Shown here piece after piece: positions 9,542-18,300 of a stretch of DNA of 64,000 bases; the stretch's first letter is position 1, and the number at the start of each line of letters is the position of its first letter. The position numbers and the translations under genes were made by a program. This DNA comes from Steroidobacteraceae bacterium (GTDB lineage: Bacteria > Pseudomonadota > Gammaproteobacteria > Steroidobacterales > Steroidobacteraceae). Under the pieces are notes generated by a model that was not told the DNA's origin, did no database searches, and saw only the letters and a program-made list of their open reading frames with translations. The stretch is taken from assembly GCA_044226785.1 (NCBI GenBank), contig JBGAGK010000014.1:21061-85060 (forward strand), in the 5' to 3' direction.

Positions 9542-10429
9542 CTAGAGCCAGTACACGAACACGTACAGGCACAACCACACCACGTCGACGAAATGCCAGT
9601 ACCAGGCCACCGCTTCGAACGCGAAGTGGCGCTGCGGCGTGAAATGACCTTTCATCACGCGCAGCCAGATCACCGTGAGCATGATGGCACCGATGGTCAC
9701 GTGCAGGCCGTGGAACCCGGTCAGCATGAAGAAAGTGGAGCCGTAGATCCCGGTGCCCAGCGTGAGGCCGAGCTCGGTATAGGCTTCGTGGTACTCGTGC
9801 GCCTGCAGCAGGACGAAGGTGAAGCCCAGCAGGAAGGTCAACGCCAGGAAAAATTTCAGCACACCGCGCTTGCCTGCGATCAGCGCGTGATGGGCGATGG
9901 TCACGGTGACGCTGCTGGTGAGCAGGATGGCCGTGTTCAGGGCGGGCAGGCCCAGCGCCGAGATGGTCTCGAAGGAACCGTCGGCATGCGGCCCCAGGGC
10001 GGCCGGACCGTTCGAGGGCCAGACTCCCTTGAATGAATCCCACAACAGCAGATGCGTCAGTGGCTTGGTGCCTTCGCCTCCCAGCCAGGGCACCGAGAAC
10101 TGCCTGGCATACAGCAGGGAGCCGAAGAAAGCGGCGAAGAACATGACTTCGGAGAAGATGAACCAGATCATCCCCATCCGGAACGAGCGGTCCACCGCCA
10201 TGTTGTACAGTCCTCGCTGGTTCTCGCCGATGACCGTGCCGAACCACAGGAAAAACAGCAGCGCCAGCATTGCGAAGCCCGGCAGGAGCGACCAGGCCGA
10301 GGTCCAGTCATTGAGATAGGAAAATGCACCGGACATGGTGACGAACAGCGTGACCGACCCCAGCAGGGGCCAGGCGCTGGGTTGCGGCAGGTAGTAGGAA
10401 CTGGCGTCGTGAGTGTGTGCGTCGGACAT
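9542..10429 (-). CDS. coxC: Cytochrome c oxidase subunit III
   Basis: 295-aa seven-TM protein. Motifs FGFEAVAWYWHFVDVVWL and TGFHGLHVTIG are hallmarks of subunit III. Confidence 0.95.
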   Translation of the reverse strand: MSDAHTHDASSYYLPQPSAWPLLGSVTLFVTMSGAFSYLNDWTSAWSLLPGFAMLALLFFLWFGTVIGENQRGLYNMAVDRSFRMGMIWFIFSEVMFFAAFFGSLLYARQFSVPWLGGEGTKPLTHLLLWDSFKGVWPSNGPAALGPHADGSFETISALGLPALNTAILLTSSVTVTIAHHALIAGKRGVLKFFLALTFLLGFTFVLLQAHEYHEAYTELGLTLGTGIYGSTFFMLTGFHGLHVTIGAIMLTVIWLRVMKGHFTPQRHFAFEAVAWYWHFVDVVWLCLYVFVYWL

Positions 10430-10463
10430 GGGCGCTCTCTTCGTTTGCTGGTGTTGCCCGGTC

Positions 10464-11039
10464 TTACCGGGAAGCGGTCTGGGTCAGGTCATAGAAGGCG
10501 TAGGCCAGCGTGAGTTTATCGATGTTGGCCGGCAAATGCGGATCGACGATGAAGCGGACCGGCATCTCCCGTCCCTCACCGCCCTTGAATTTCTGCGGAG
10601 TGAAGCAGAAGCACTCGGTCTTGTGGAAGTACTTGACCGACTCGCCGGGCGAGATGCTCGGAACCGCCTGCGCAACGGATGCCACGGGCGTCAGGTTTCG
10701 CGCATAGAACTTCACGTCATAGAGCTTGCCGGGATGGATGCGCATCGAGGCCACATCCGGATGGAACTCGTAACTGCCCACCGATGCCTGGTTTGCGATG
10801 AATTCCACGGTGATGGTGCGATTGGGATCGACCGCCTCCTGAACCACCGCACGGCCCGACTTCGCCTCGGCATTGCCGATGCCGGCCACCCGGCACAGCA
10901 CGCTGTACAGGGGCACCAGCGCAAAGCCGAAGGCGAAGCTTCCCACGGCGAATACCAGCAGCCGCTTCGTCAGGCTCCGGTTGGCCTTCCGCCGCTGTTC
11001 GGGCGACAGGCCGGTGTTGGAGGCATCGAGGTCATTCAT
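10464..11039 (-). CDS. cox11: Cytochrome c oxidase assembly protein CtaG/Cox11
   Basis: Has an N-terminal TM segment, the copper-binding CFCF motif ([10 protein letters not shown]), and a position between coxA and coxC. Confidence 0.93.
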   Translation of the reverse strand: MNDLDASNTGLSPEQRRKANRSLTKRLLVFAVGSFAFGFALVPLYSVLCRVAGIGNAEAKSGRAVVQEAVDPNRTITVEFIANQASVGSYEFHPDVASMRIHPGKLYDVKFYARNLTPVASVAQAVPSISPGESVKYFHKTECFCFTPQKFKGGEGREMPVRFIVDPHLPANIDKLTLAYAFYDLTQTASR

Positions 11040-11167
11040 CGATGCATACCCCGATACAGGGACAATGCGATGAATCCCGCATAAAGCGCGAATGCCAGCA
11101 ACGCAAGACCGATCGCTCCGGTGCGGATGCGTCGGCGGCTGCGGGCATGCTCATCGACCACACTCAC
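11036..11167 (-). CDS. Small (43 aa) single-TM protein in the cox operon
   Basis: Too short for the ORF track. My translation: [43 protein letters not shown]. The GTG start overlaps the coxA stop (GTGA) and the stop overlaps the cox11 ATG (ATGA), so it exactly fills the coxA-cox11 gap. Confidence 0.5.
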   Translation of the reverse strand: MSVVDEHARSRRRIRTGAIGLALLAFALYAGFIALSLYRGMHR

Positions 11168-12747
11168 TTGACTTCAGGCGCCACCTGGAAGCTGTGGTAC
11201 GGCGCCGGCGAGGGCAGGGTCCACTCCAGGCCCGTCGGACTGGCATCCCAGACCTTCGCCGTGGCCTTTTCTCCGCCCCGGACGCACTTGATGATCAGGA
11301 TGGCGAACAGGAACTGGGAAAGACCGAAGCCGAAGCCGCCGATCGAGGACACCATGTTCCAGTCGGCGAACTGCACGGAGTAATCCGGGATGCGCCGCGG
11401 CATTCCCGCAAGACCCAGGAAGTGCTGCGGGAAGAACAGCACGTTGACGAAGATGGTGGACAGCCAGAAGTGCCACTTCGCGAGCCGCATGTCATACATG
11501 TGCCCGGTCCATTTCGGCAGCCAGTAGTACACCGCGCCCATGATGGCGAACGCAGCTCCCGGCACCAGCACGTAATGGAAATGCGCCACCACGAAGTAGG
11601 TGTCCTGGTACTGGAAGTCGGCCGGCACCAGGGCCAGCATCAGCCCGGAGAAGCCGCCGATGGTGAACAGGAACAGGAAGGACAGGGCGAAAAGCATCGG
11701 CGGCTCGAAGCTCAGCGAGCCGCGCCACATGGTGGCCGTCCAGTTGAACACCTTCACGCCCGTGGGCACCGCGATCAGCATGGTGGCGAGCATGAAGAAC
11801 ATTTCTGCCGCCAGCGGCATGCCGGTGGTGAACATGTGGTGCGCCCAGACGATGCAGGACAGGAAGGCGATGGAGGCCGTCGCATACACCATCGAGTCGT
11901 AGCCGAACAGCGGCTTGCGGGAGAAGGTCGGGATGATCTCCGAGACGATGCCGAAGGCCGGCAGGATCATGATGTACACCTCCGGGTGTCCGAAGAACCA
12001 GAAGATGTGCTGGAACATGACCGGATCGCCGCCGCCGCCCGCGTTGAAGAAGCTGGTATGGAAGAAATGGTCGGTCAGCAGCATGGTGACCGCGCCGGCC
12101 AGCACCGGCATCACCAGGATCAGCAGGTAGGCGGTGATCAGCCAGGTCCAGCAGAACATCGGCATCTTCAGCAGGGTCATGCCGGGGGCGCGCATGTTCA
12201 TGATGGTCACGATGATGTTGATGGCGCCCATGATGGAGGAGGCGCCCATCATGTGGATGGCGAAGATCACCATCGGGAAACTGGCGCCGGTCTGTACCGA
12301 CAGCGGCGGATACAGGGTCCAGCCGCCCGCTACGGCACCACCCGGCACGAAGAACGTGAGGATCATGATGGTGAAGGCGAAGGGCAGGATCCAGAAGCTG
12401 AAGTTGTTCATGCGCGGCAGCGCCATGTCAGGCGCACCGATCTGGATGGGCACCATCCAGTTCGCGAGCCCCACGAAGCCAGGCATGATGGCGCCGAAGA
12501 TCATGATCAGCGCATGGTTGGTGGTGAGCTCGTTGAAGAACAGCGGATCCACCAGCTGCATGCCCGGCTTGAACAGCTCGGCGCGGATGATCATCGCCAG
12601 CGTGCCGCCGACGAAGAACATGATCAGGCTGAACACCAGGTACATCGTTCCGATGTCCTTGTGGTTGGTGGTGAACAGCCAGCGCTTGATCCCCGTGGGC
12701 GGCTGGTCGTGATGATCGTGGGCGTGTTCGGCGGTGGCTTGGGACAT
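11164..12747 (-). CDS. coxA: Cytochrome c oxidase subunit I
   Basis: 527 aa. Motifs: WFFGHPEVYIMILPAFG, HHMFTTGM, and the AHFHYVLV heme/CuB ligand motif. Confidence 0.97.
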   Translation of the reverse strand: MSQATAEHAHDHHDQPPTGIKRWLFTTNHKDIGTMYLVFSLIMFFVGGTLAMIIRAELFKPGMQLVDPLFFNELTTNHALIMIFGAIMPGFVGLANWMVPIQIGAPDMALPRMNNFSFWILPFAFTIMILTFFVPGGAVAGGWTLYPPLSVQTGASFPMVIFAIHMMGASSIMGAINIIVTIMNMRAPGMTLLKMPMFCWTWLITAYLLILVMPVLAGAVTMLLTDHFFHTSFFNAGGGGDPVMFQHIFWFFGHPEVYIMILPAFGIVSEIIPTFSRKPLFGYDSMVYATASIAFLSCIVWAHHMFTTGMPLAAEMFFMLATMLIAVPTGVKVFNWTATMWRGSLSFEPPMLFALSFLFLFTIGGFSGLMLALVPADFQYQDTYFVVAHFHYVLVPGAAFAIMGAVYYWLPKWTGHMYDMRLAKWHFWLSTIFVNVLFFPQHFLGLAGMPRRIPDYSVQFADWNMVSSIGGFGFGLSQFLFAILIIKCVRGGEKATAKVWDASPTGLEWTLPSPAPYHSFQVAPEVK

Positions 12748-12790
12748 GATGCGTCTCGATGGGTGCTTGAACGGATCGAAAAACCTGGAA

Positions 12791-13678
12791 TCAGCCGGAG
12801 ATGTTCAGTGCTGTCTTCACGGCAACGGGTTCATGGCCGGCAGCGGCCTGCTTCGTCTGGGCCTTCTGTTCCTTGACCCAGGCTGCGAAGTCGGAAGGCG
12901 TCTTGACCTCGACCACGATGGGCATGAAGCCGTGGTCCTGCCCGCACAGCTCGGCGCACTGCCCGCGGTAGGTGCCTTCCTTGCCCGCCGGGACCCGGAT
13001 CCACATCTCGTTGACGAAGCCCGGAATGGCGTCGGTCTTGATGGCAAAGTCAGGGACCCACCAGGAGTGGATGACGTCCTGCGCAGTCACCAGCAGGCGC
13101 ACCTTGGCGCCACTGGGAATGACCAGCGGGTGATCCACCGACAACAGGTAGTCGGGGACGGTGTAGGGGTCGATGCCCGAGCGCAGCTGACGGGCCTCGT
13201 TCGAGTCCCGGGACAGGGTGGAGAAGAACCCCACGCCATCGGCCGCATCCATGTACTGGTATTGCCATTTCCACTGATAGCCGGTGACCCGGATGGTCAG
13301 CTGGGAATTGCGGGTATCCTCGATCTTGATCAGCGTCTCGGAGGCCGGGACCGCCATGGCCACCAGGATGCACACCGGGATGATGGTCCAGACGATCTCG
13401 ACCTTGGTGCTGTGGACCATCGTGGTGTCGGGCACGGCCCCCTGCGATTTGCGGAACTTCAACAGGGCGTAGATCATGACGCCGAAAACCACCACGCCGA
13501 TGGCCACGCACACCCACAGGCCGATCATGTGGATGCCGTAGACCTCCCGGGCCAGATCGCTGATGCCCGTGGGCATGTTGTAGCCGTTGGATGTGTTCAG
13601 TGTGGCGGCCCGGGCGGTAGCTGCCCATGCCGCCAGCGCGCTGATTCCCGATGTTGCGATTCGACTGATCCGGCTCAT
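12791..13678 (-). CDS. coxB: Cytochrome c oxidase subunit II
   Basis: CuA centre: HSWWVPDF...CAELCGQDHGFM. Has a signal peptide plus two TM helices. Start placed at the internal MSRISRIATSG, which follows AAGGGGA. Confidence 0.93.
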   Translation of the reverse strand: MSRISRIATSGISALAAWAATARAATLNTSNGYNMPTGISDLAREVYGIHMIGLWVCVAIGVVVFGVMIYALLKFRKSQGAVPDTTMVHSTKVEIVWTIIPVCILVAMAVPASETLIKIEDTRNSQLTIRVTGYQWKWQYQYMDAADGVGFFSTLSRDSNEARQLRSGIDPYTVPDYLLSVDHPLVIPSGAKVRLLVTAQDVIHSWWVPDFAIKTDAIPGFVNEMWIRVPAGKEGTYRGQCAELCGQDHGFMPIVVEVKTPSDFAAWVKEQKAQTKQAAAGHEPVAVKTALNISG

Positions 13679-13698
13679 CTCGACGGTTCCCCTTGATC

Positions 13699-14205
13699 TC
13701 ATGTACGCGACCATTCCAGCGGTGGCGACTCATTGAGCCGGCCAACCAGTCCCTGCAAGCGCCCCGCCAGGCTGCGCCGCTCGTCCTCGGTCAGGAACTG
13801 GCCGATTTCCAGAGCCCGCCCATGGGATTCGATCGTCAGGCGGCTGGGGTGCAGATTGGTTCGTGGGCTGCGTAGTCTAACGCTGGCCCAATGCCGAGAG
13901 AACTGTTGTTTTTCCTCCCCGGCGGTCGAGGTAGTCGTGACCCAGATCTGCGCATCGGTCAGGACCAGCTCCTGGCGGATATGGCGGCGCCTGAGTGACA
14001 GATGCAGGGCGATTCCCAGGACCAGCATCTCCAGGCCCCAGAACGGCAGAACGAGCCACAGGCCGTGCAGGCTGAAAAACAGGGCAAAAGCAAGAGAGGA
14101 CACGAACAGGAAGCCAAAGAACAGCGCCGCCGTCGCTGGAGTCAGCGAACAGTTGGGAATCAGCACGATGCGCTGTTGCAACTCGATCCTCCGGGGCCGG
14201 CACAC
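13699..14205 (-). CDS. DUF2244-type integral membrane protein upstream of coxB
   Basis: Two adjacent TM helices (AALFFGFLFVSSLAFALFFSLHGLWLVLPFWGLEMLVLGIALHL) followed by a soluble tail. Positioned at the head of the cox operon. Confidence 0.6.
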   Translation of the reverse strand: MCRPRRIELQQRIVLIPNCSLTPATAALFFGFLFVSSLAFALFFSLHGLWLVLPFWGLEMLVLGIALHLSLRRRHIRQELVLTDAQIWVTTTSTAGEEKQQFSRHWASVRLRSPRTNLHPSRLTIESHGRALEIGQFLTEDERRSLAGRLQGLVGRLNESPPLEWSRT

Positions 14206-14370
14206 ATCGTAAGAGATGCATATTCATCAGGCAAGTCATGGGCTTGCATGATGCAGGCAGCCCTTGATTTGTCCGATTCACCGTGGCGCTCCGAACGGGG
14301 GACGTGAGGCGGACAGATGCGGGCCAGTCACAGGGTGCCGGGTGGTTGTCGCCATTCCGGCGGGCCCTGC

Positions 14371-14766
14371 TCAGGCGGCGACGAACCCAGGCAACTTCAG
14401 CGCGTCCGTATCGAAAGAAGCCGTCGCCTCGCAATTGCAATAGCGGTTATGCGCGCCGATGAGGCAGTCGGCAAACTGGGCGGGCGCGTCCTTCCAGACA
14501 TGAAGAGCTTCTTCGATGCAGGCTTCATCCTCGAAGCACAGATCGACGGAGCTGAGCAGATCCGAAAAGGCGCTCAGGATCTCCTGTTTGGCGAGTTTGT
14601 AGCGGCTGCGCAGTACCCATTCCGTTTCCAGCAGCACCAGGAGACTGACAAAGACCGGATCGTCTTTGCCGGTCTCGCGGCACATGAGATTTTGCGCGCG
14701 CACGAATTGTTCCTCTTCGTCACGCACCAGAAAGCGCACCAGAACATTGGTGTCGATCCCGATCAT
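14371..14766 (-). CDS. vapC: PIN-domain toxin VapC
   Basis: MIGIDTNVLVRFL... carries the first acidic PIN residue; ...LLETEWVL... and ...FADCLI... match the later PIN motifs. TGATG junction with the upstream antitoxin gene. Confidence 0.88.
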   Translation of the reverse strand: MIGIDTNVLVRFLVRDEEEQFVRAQNLMCRETGKDDPVFVSLLVLLETEWVLRSRYKLAKQEILSAFSDLLSSVDLCFEDEACIEEALHVWKDAPAQFADCLIGAHNRYCNCEATASFDTDALKLPGFVAA

Positions 14767-14984
14767 CAGCGCGAGAGTGCTTTGACGGGAAGCGGTTTTC
14801 TGCCTCTTTTATGGAGCCGCCCTGCGAGCCTCCGGACAGGCATGTTCTTGACCCTCAACAGGACCGTCCCGTCCGGGAGCAGCGTAAAGGTCATCCGGTC
14901 GCCGGCCTTGATTCCCAATCCTTCGCGGATGCGCTGTGGAATCGTGGTCTGGCCCTTGCTGGTCAAGGTTGCTTCGGCATTCAT
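14766..14984 (-). CDS. vapB: AbrB/SpoVT-family antitoxin VapB
   Basis: 72 aa. LTSKGQTTIPQRIREGLGIKAGDRMTF is a typical SpoVT/AbrB swapped-hairpin DNA-binding motif. AAGGAG lies 7 nt upstream of the ATG. Confidence 0.88.
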   Translation of the reverse strand: MNAEATLTSKGQTTIPQRIREGLGIKAGDRMTFTLLPDGTVLLRVKNMPVRRLAGRLHKRGRKPLPVKALSR

Positions 14985-14989
14985 GATTT

Positions 14990-15018
14990 CTCCTTACTTT
15001 TGTTAGCATAGTAAGGAG
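14990..15018. promoter_or_regulatory. Perfect 8-bp inverted repeat (CTCCTTAC-N13-GTAAGGAG) at the vapB 5' end; likely vapBC autoregulatory operator
   Basis: Read directly from the sequence. One arm contains the vapB Shine-Dalgarno sequence. TA operons are classically autorepressed through palindromes at this position. Confidence 0.45.
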
Positions 15019-15214
15019 ACGGTCCCGTGGCAACCGCCACCGATCTCCAGTCACGGGCACGCATCGCTGCGATGCGAACTTCCTGCGCGGAAAGGCAGGT
15101 CCCCTGTGAAGTCCCGCAGGATTTATTGTCGTGAACCAACCATTCATCGGTATCGGCTGGCCGCTCGTCGCATGGCCTTTGATCCCTTGCAGGCACCCCT
15201 GCACAGTGGCACCC

Positions 15215-15832
15215 ATGGTTACAACCCGCCTGCATGGCCGACATCGCGGTTTCACCCTGGTGGAGCTGATGATCACCCTGACCGTGGCGGCGATCCTGGC
15301 CGCGGTAGCCATTCCCAACATGCGCACCTTCCTGTGGAACAACCGCATTTCGTCCACGGCCAATGACCTGCTCCACTCGATCCAGGTGGCGCGGACCGAG
15401 GCGATCAAGCGGCAGAACGGTTCGGTGTCGGTCTGCGCGACCCCGGACGCCTCCTCGGCCGTTTCCGATGCCTCGCTCGCCTGCTCCTATGGCAATTTCT
15501 CGCAGTGGTTCGTGTTCTACGACCAGAACAGCAACGGCGTGCACGACAATGGCGAACCCGTCCTGGGCCGGGGTGGCGCAGCTCCGACCAATACGGTCAA
15601 GAGCAACCAGAAAGGCATCGTCTGCTTCGGACCCACCGGCTTTTCCAATCCGGTTTGTGGCACCCAGCAGCCCACCACGGCCGTCACCATCTGCGATACC
15701 CGCGGCAACACGGCCGTGGGGACCAACTCCACTGCTCGGGCGCTGTTCATCTCCCAGACCGGGAGGGCGCGGGTGTCCCAGCTGTTCGCCGATGTGAACA
15801 CCGCGATCGCATCCACGGGGTCCTGCCCATGA
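15215..15832 (+). CDS. fimU: Type IV pilus minor pilin, GspH-domain (FimU/FimT type)
   Basis: Prepilin leader and cleavage site MVTTRLHGRHRG/FTLVELMITLTVAAILAAVAIP. First gene of a fimU-pilVWXY1E-like operon. The symbol is assigned from operon order only. Confidence 0.8.
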   Translation: MVTTRLHGRHRGFTLVELMITLTVAAILAAVAIPNMRTFLWNNRISSTANDLLHSIQVARTEAIKRQNGSVSVCATPDASSAVSDASLACSYGNFSQWFVFYDQNSNGVHDNGEPVLGRGGAAPTNTVKSNQKGIVCFGPTGFSNPVCGTQQPTTAVTICDTRGNTAVGTNSTARALFISQTGRARVSQLFADVNTAIASTGSCP

Positions 15833-16305
15833 AGCGCTGGACGGCTCGCGGACGGGTTCGTGGCTTCACCATGGTCGAAGCCCTGGTGGCACTGGTGGTG
15901 CTCGCCGTGGGCATGCTGGGCATGGCCGGGCTGTATGTCACTACGCTGCATTCGGGGAGCAGCGCGATCTATCGCATGCAGGCCATCAACCTCGCCACCG
16001 ACATGGCCGACCGGATCCGTGCCAACCGCACCGCGAACCTGTTCTACAACGATGCACCTGCGAACAACAACTGCTTCGGTACGGCGGCGGTGGTGGACTG
16101 CACCCCCGAGCAGATGGCGCAGAGCGACCTGTTCCTGTGGAACAACCAGATCACCCAGATCCTGCCCAATGCCACCGGCACGGTGGTGGCAGCCGGGGCA
16201 AGCTCGCCGTACACCTACACCATCACCCTCACCTGGTACGAGCAGGGGAGCGACACGGGCAACGCCAGTACCGCCCAGAGCTACGTGATGACCTTCCAGA
16301 TATGA
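15829..16305 (+). CDS. pilV: Type IV pilus minor pilin PilV
   Basis: Leader MKRWTARGRVRG/FTMVEALVALVVLAVGMLG. ATGA overlap with fimU. Size about 158 aa. Confidence 0.85.
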   Translation: MKRWTARGRVRGFTMVEALVALVVLAVGMLGMAGLYVTTLHSGSSAIYRMQAINLATDMADRIRANRTANLFYNDAPANNNCFGTAAVVDCTPEQMAQSDLFLWNNQITQILPNATGTVVAAGASSPYTYTITLTWYEQGSDTGNASTAQSYVMTFQI

Positions 16306-17393
16306 ACGCACGCAACCTCAAACGCATGGCGGGCCTTTCGCTGGTCGAACTGATGGTGGCGCTGACCATCAGCCTGGTGCTGATCTTCGGTGCCACCCAG
16401 GTGTACGTGGACAGTCGCAATGCGTACAACCTCAACGAGACCGTAGCAAGGCTGCAGGAAAACGCCCGCTACGCCATGTCGGTCATCGAGCCCGACATCC
16501 GCATGTCGAACTTCTGGGGCCTGGTGAAGGGTGCTTCGCTGGTCGGAAGCCAGGCTGCCCAGTCGGCCGGCGTCGCCCCGATCGCCAGCAATTCCCAGGT
16601 CCTGTACTGCGGCAACAACTTTGCAGTGGACCTGAACACCACCCTGCAGGGCGACAACAACCAGTATGTGCTCTCGCCCACCCGGCAGGCGGCCTGCAAC
16701 ACCGTGGCTGGGACCGGGTGGGCCACCAGTCCGCAGACCAGTTCAGATACGCTCACGGTGCGCCGTGCTTCCACGGTGAACAGCGTGGATGCCGGTGGAC
16801 AGCCGCTGTCGCTGGTCAACGTGTTGCAGATCTGCTCGACGCGCACCGCAGCGCGCGTGTACAGCGACGGATCGGCCTGTGGTGCAGCCCCGGCTGCGCA
16901 GGTCAACAACCTGATCGTGAACGCCTACTACGTCGACAACAACTCCTCCAACGGCAACGGCATGCCCTCCCTGCGTCGCAAGGCGCTGGTGACGATCGGC
17001 ACTGTCAAGCAGTTCCAGGACCAGGAGATCGTGGCGGGCGTGGAAGACATGCAGGTCCAGTTCGGTATCGACACCGGCGTCACTCCGACCGGCGTTGCCA
17101 CGCGCTATGTCAATCCCAATGCCGTACCCGTGGGTGCGCAGATCGTCGCGGTGCGCGTCTGGTTGCTGTTGCGCGCCGACGCGCCGGAGCCCGGCTTCAT
17201 CGACACCCGCACTTACGAGTACGGCGATCGGCTCATCGCCAACGGCACGGTATCCACGCTGAACGCCGTGGGGAGCCGCGGCATGGCCTTCCAGCCCTCG
17301 CTGGATGGCAGCAATGCGCTGACCTCCATCAAGCGGTACCGACGCCTGCTGGTTTGCCGCACCTTCCAGGTCCGCAACGCGCTGGGAACATGA
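16302..17393 (+). CDS. pilW: Type IV pilus minor pilin / assembly protein PilW
   Basis: Leader MNARNLKRMAG/LSLVELMVALTISLVLIFG. ATGA overlaps on both sides. Size about 363 aa. Confidence 0.85.
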   Translation: MNARNLKRMAGLSLVELMVALTISLVLIFGATQVYVDSRNAYNLNETVARLQENARYAMSVIEPDIRMSNFWGLVKGASLVGSQAAQSAGVAPIASNSQVLYCGNNFAVDLNTTLQGDNNQYVLSPTRQAACNTVAGTGWATSPQTSSDTLTVRRASTVNSVDAGGQPLSLVNVLQICSTRTAARVYSDGSACGAAPAAQVNNLIVNAYYVDNNSSNGNGMPSLRRKALVTIGTVKQFQDQEIVAGVEDMQVQFGIDTGVTPTGVATRYVNPNAVPVGAQIVAVRVWLLLRADAPEPGFIDTRTYEYGDRLIANGTVSTLNAVGSRGMAFQPSLDGSNALTSIKRYRRLLVCRTFQVRNALGT

Positions 17394-17899
17394 ACGCCAT
17401 GTCGCACACCTCATTTCCTGCCGGTGCACCAGAGCGTCAGCGCGGCGCGGCGCTGGTCATCGGCCTGATCCTGCTGCTGGTGCTCACGGTGCTGGCCATC
17501 TCCGGCGTCAACTCGGCGAGCCTCGAGTTCTTCATGGCCGGCAACGAGCAGTTCCGCCAGAACGCCTTCCAGGCGGCCGAGACCGGCATCGAGCGCGCCC
17601 TGGTCAACGGCCAGTTCGTGGTGGCCGGCGCGGCGACCGCGACCGAGACCATCAACGGCAACAACACGCCTTCGGACAGCTTCACGGCAACGATTTCCAA
17701 GCCGCTGGGCAACCAGCCGCAGCCGGCGTTGTGGGGCAACAGCTGGAACGCGTTCTCGTCCTATCACTTCCAGATCGACAGCGTCGGTACCGCGGTGCGA
17801 AGCGCCCGGGCCGCCAACACCCAGGGCGTGGTGTCGATTGCACCATTCGATCCGGCGACCCAGCAGCCCGGTGCCGGGCTGGGAAATGCGTTGAACTAG
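17390..17899 (+). CDS. pilX: Type IV pilus minor pilin PilX
   Basis: QRGAALVIGLILLLVLTVLAISG hydrophobic N-terminus typical of PilX. ATGA overlap with pilW. Confidence 0.75.
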   Translation: MNAMSHTSFPAGAPERQRGAALVIGLILLLVLTVLAISGVNSASLEFFMAGNEQFRQNAFQAAETGIERALVNGQFVVAGAATATETINGNNTPSDSFTATISKPLGNQPQPALWGNSWNAFSSYHFQIDSVGTAVRSARAANTQGVVSIAPFDPATQQPGAGLGNALN

Positions 17900-17908
17900 G
17901 AGAGCATC

Positions 17909-18274
17909 ATGAATCGCCCATCCATCGTCCTCCTGTCCGCCCTGCTCGGCCTCGGCGCGTCCTCGCTGAGTCTTGCTTCGCGGGTCCCGACGATCCTGAT
18001 CGAGGCTTCAGTCGAGGCCGAAGCTGGTGATCTGAGCCTGCCGGCGAGCCTTGGCGGAATCATCACCGTGCGCAGCTGCTCCACCTGCAGCGCACAGACT
18101 TTCTATTTCGGCAAGGACCCGCTGCTGATGCTCGACGGCCGGAAGGTCGATCTGCAGCAGATGTCGCTGGCGCTGCGCAAGGCGGGGTCGACGCCGGTCA
18201 CCGTCCATTACAACCGGTCCGATTCGACCGTGACCCGTATCGTGATGAGTGGCGAATCGCGGACTGCCAACTGA
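17909..18274 (+). CDS. Small exported hypothetical protein (121 aa) between pilX and pilY1
   Basis: Signal peptide MNRPSIVLLSALLGLGASSLSLA. Contains C-x2-C (RSCSTCS). Gaps are 9 nt after pilX and 26 nt before pilY1. I recognise no family. Confidence 0.55.
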   Translation: MNRPSIVLLSALLGLGASSLSLASRVPTILIEASVEAEAGDLSLPASLGGIITVRSCSTCSAQTFYFGKDPLLMLDGRKVDLQQMSLALRKAGSTPVTVHYNRSDSTVTRIVMSGESRTAN

Positions 18275-18300
18275 CCGTGATTGCCAGGGAGTCTGGAAAC

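Noticed and set aside
11092-12876. 594-aa ORF on the plus strand
   Set aside because: Antisense to coxA, which has unambiguous heme-copper oxidase motifs. The composition is His/Arg/Gly/Asp/Glu-rich nonsense.
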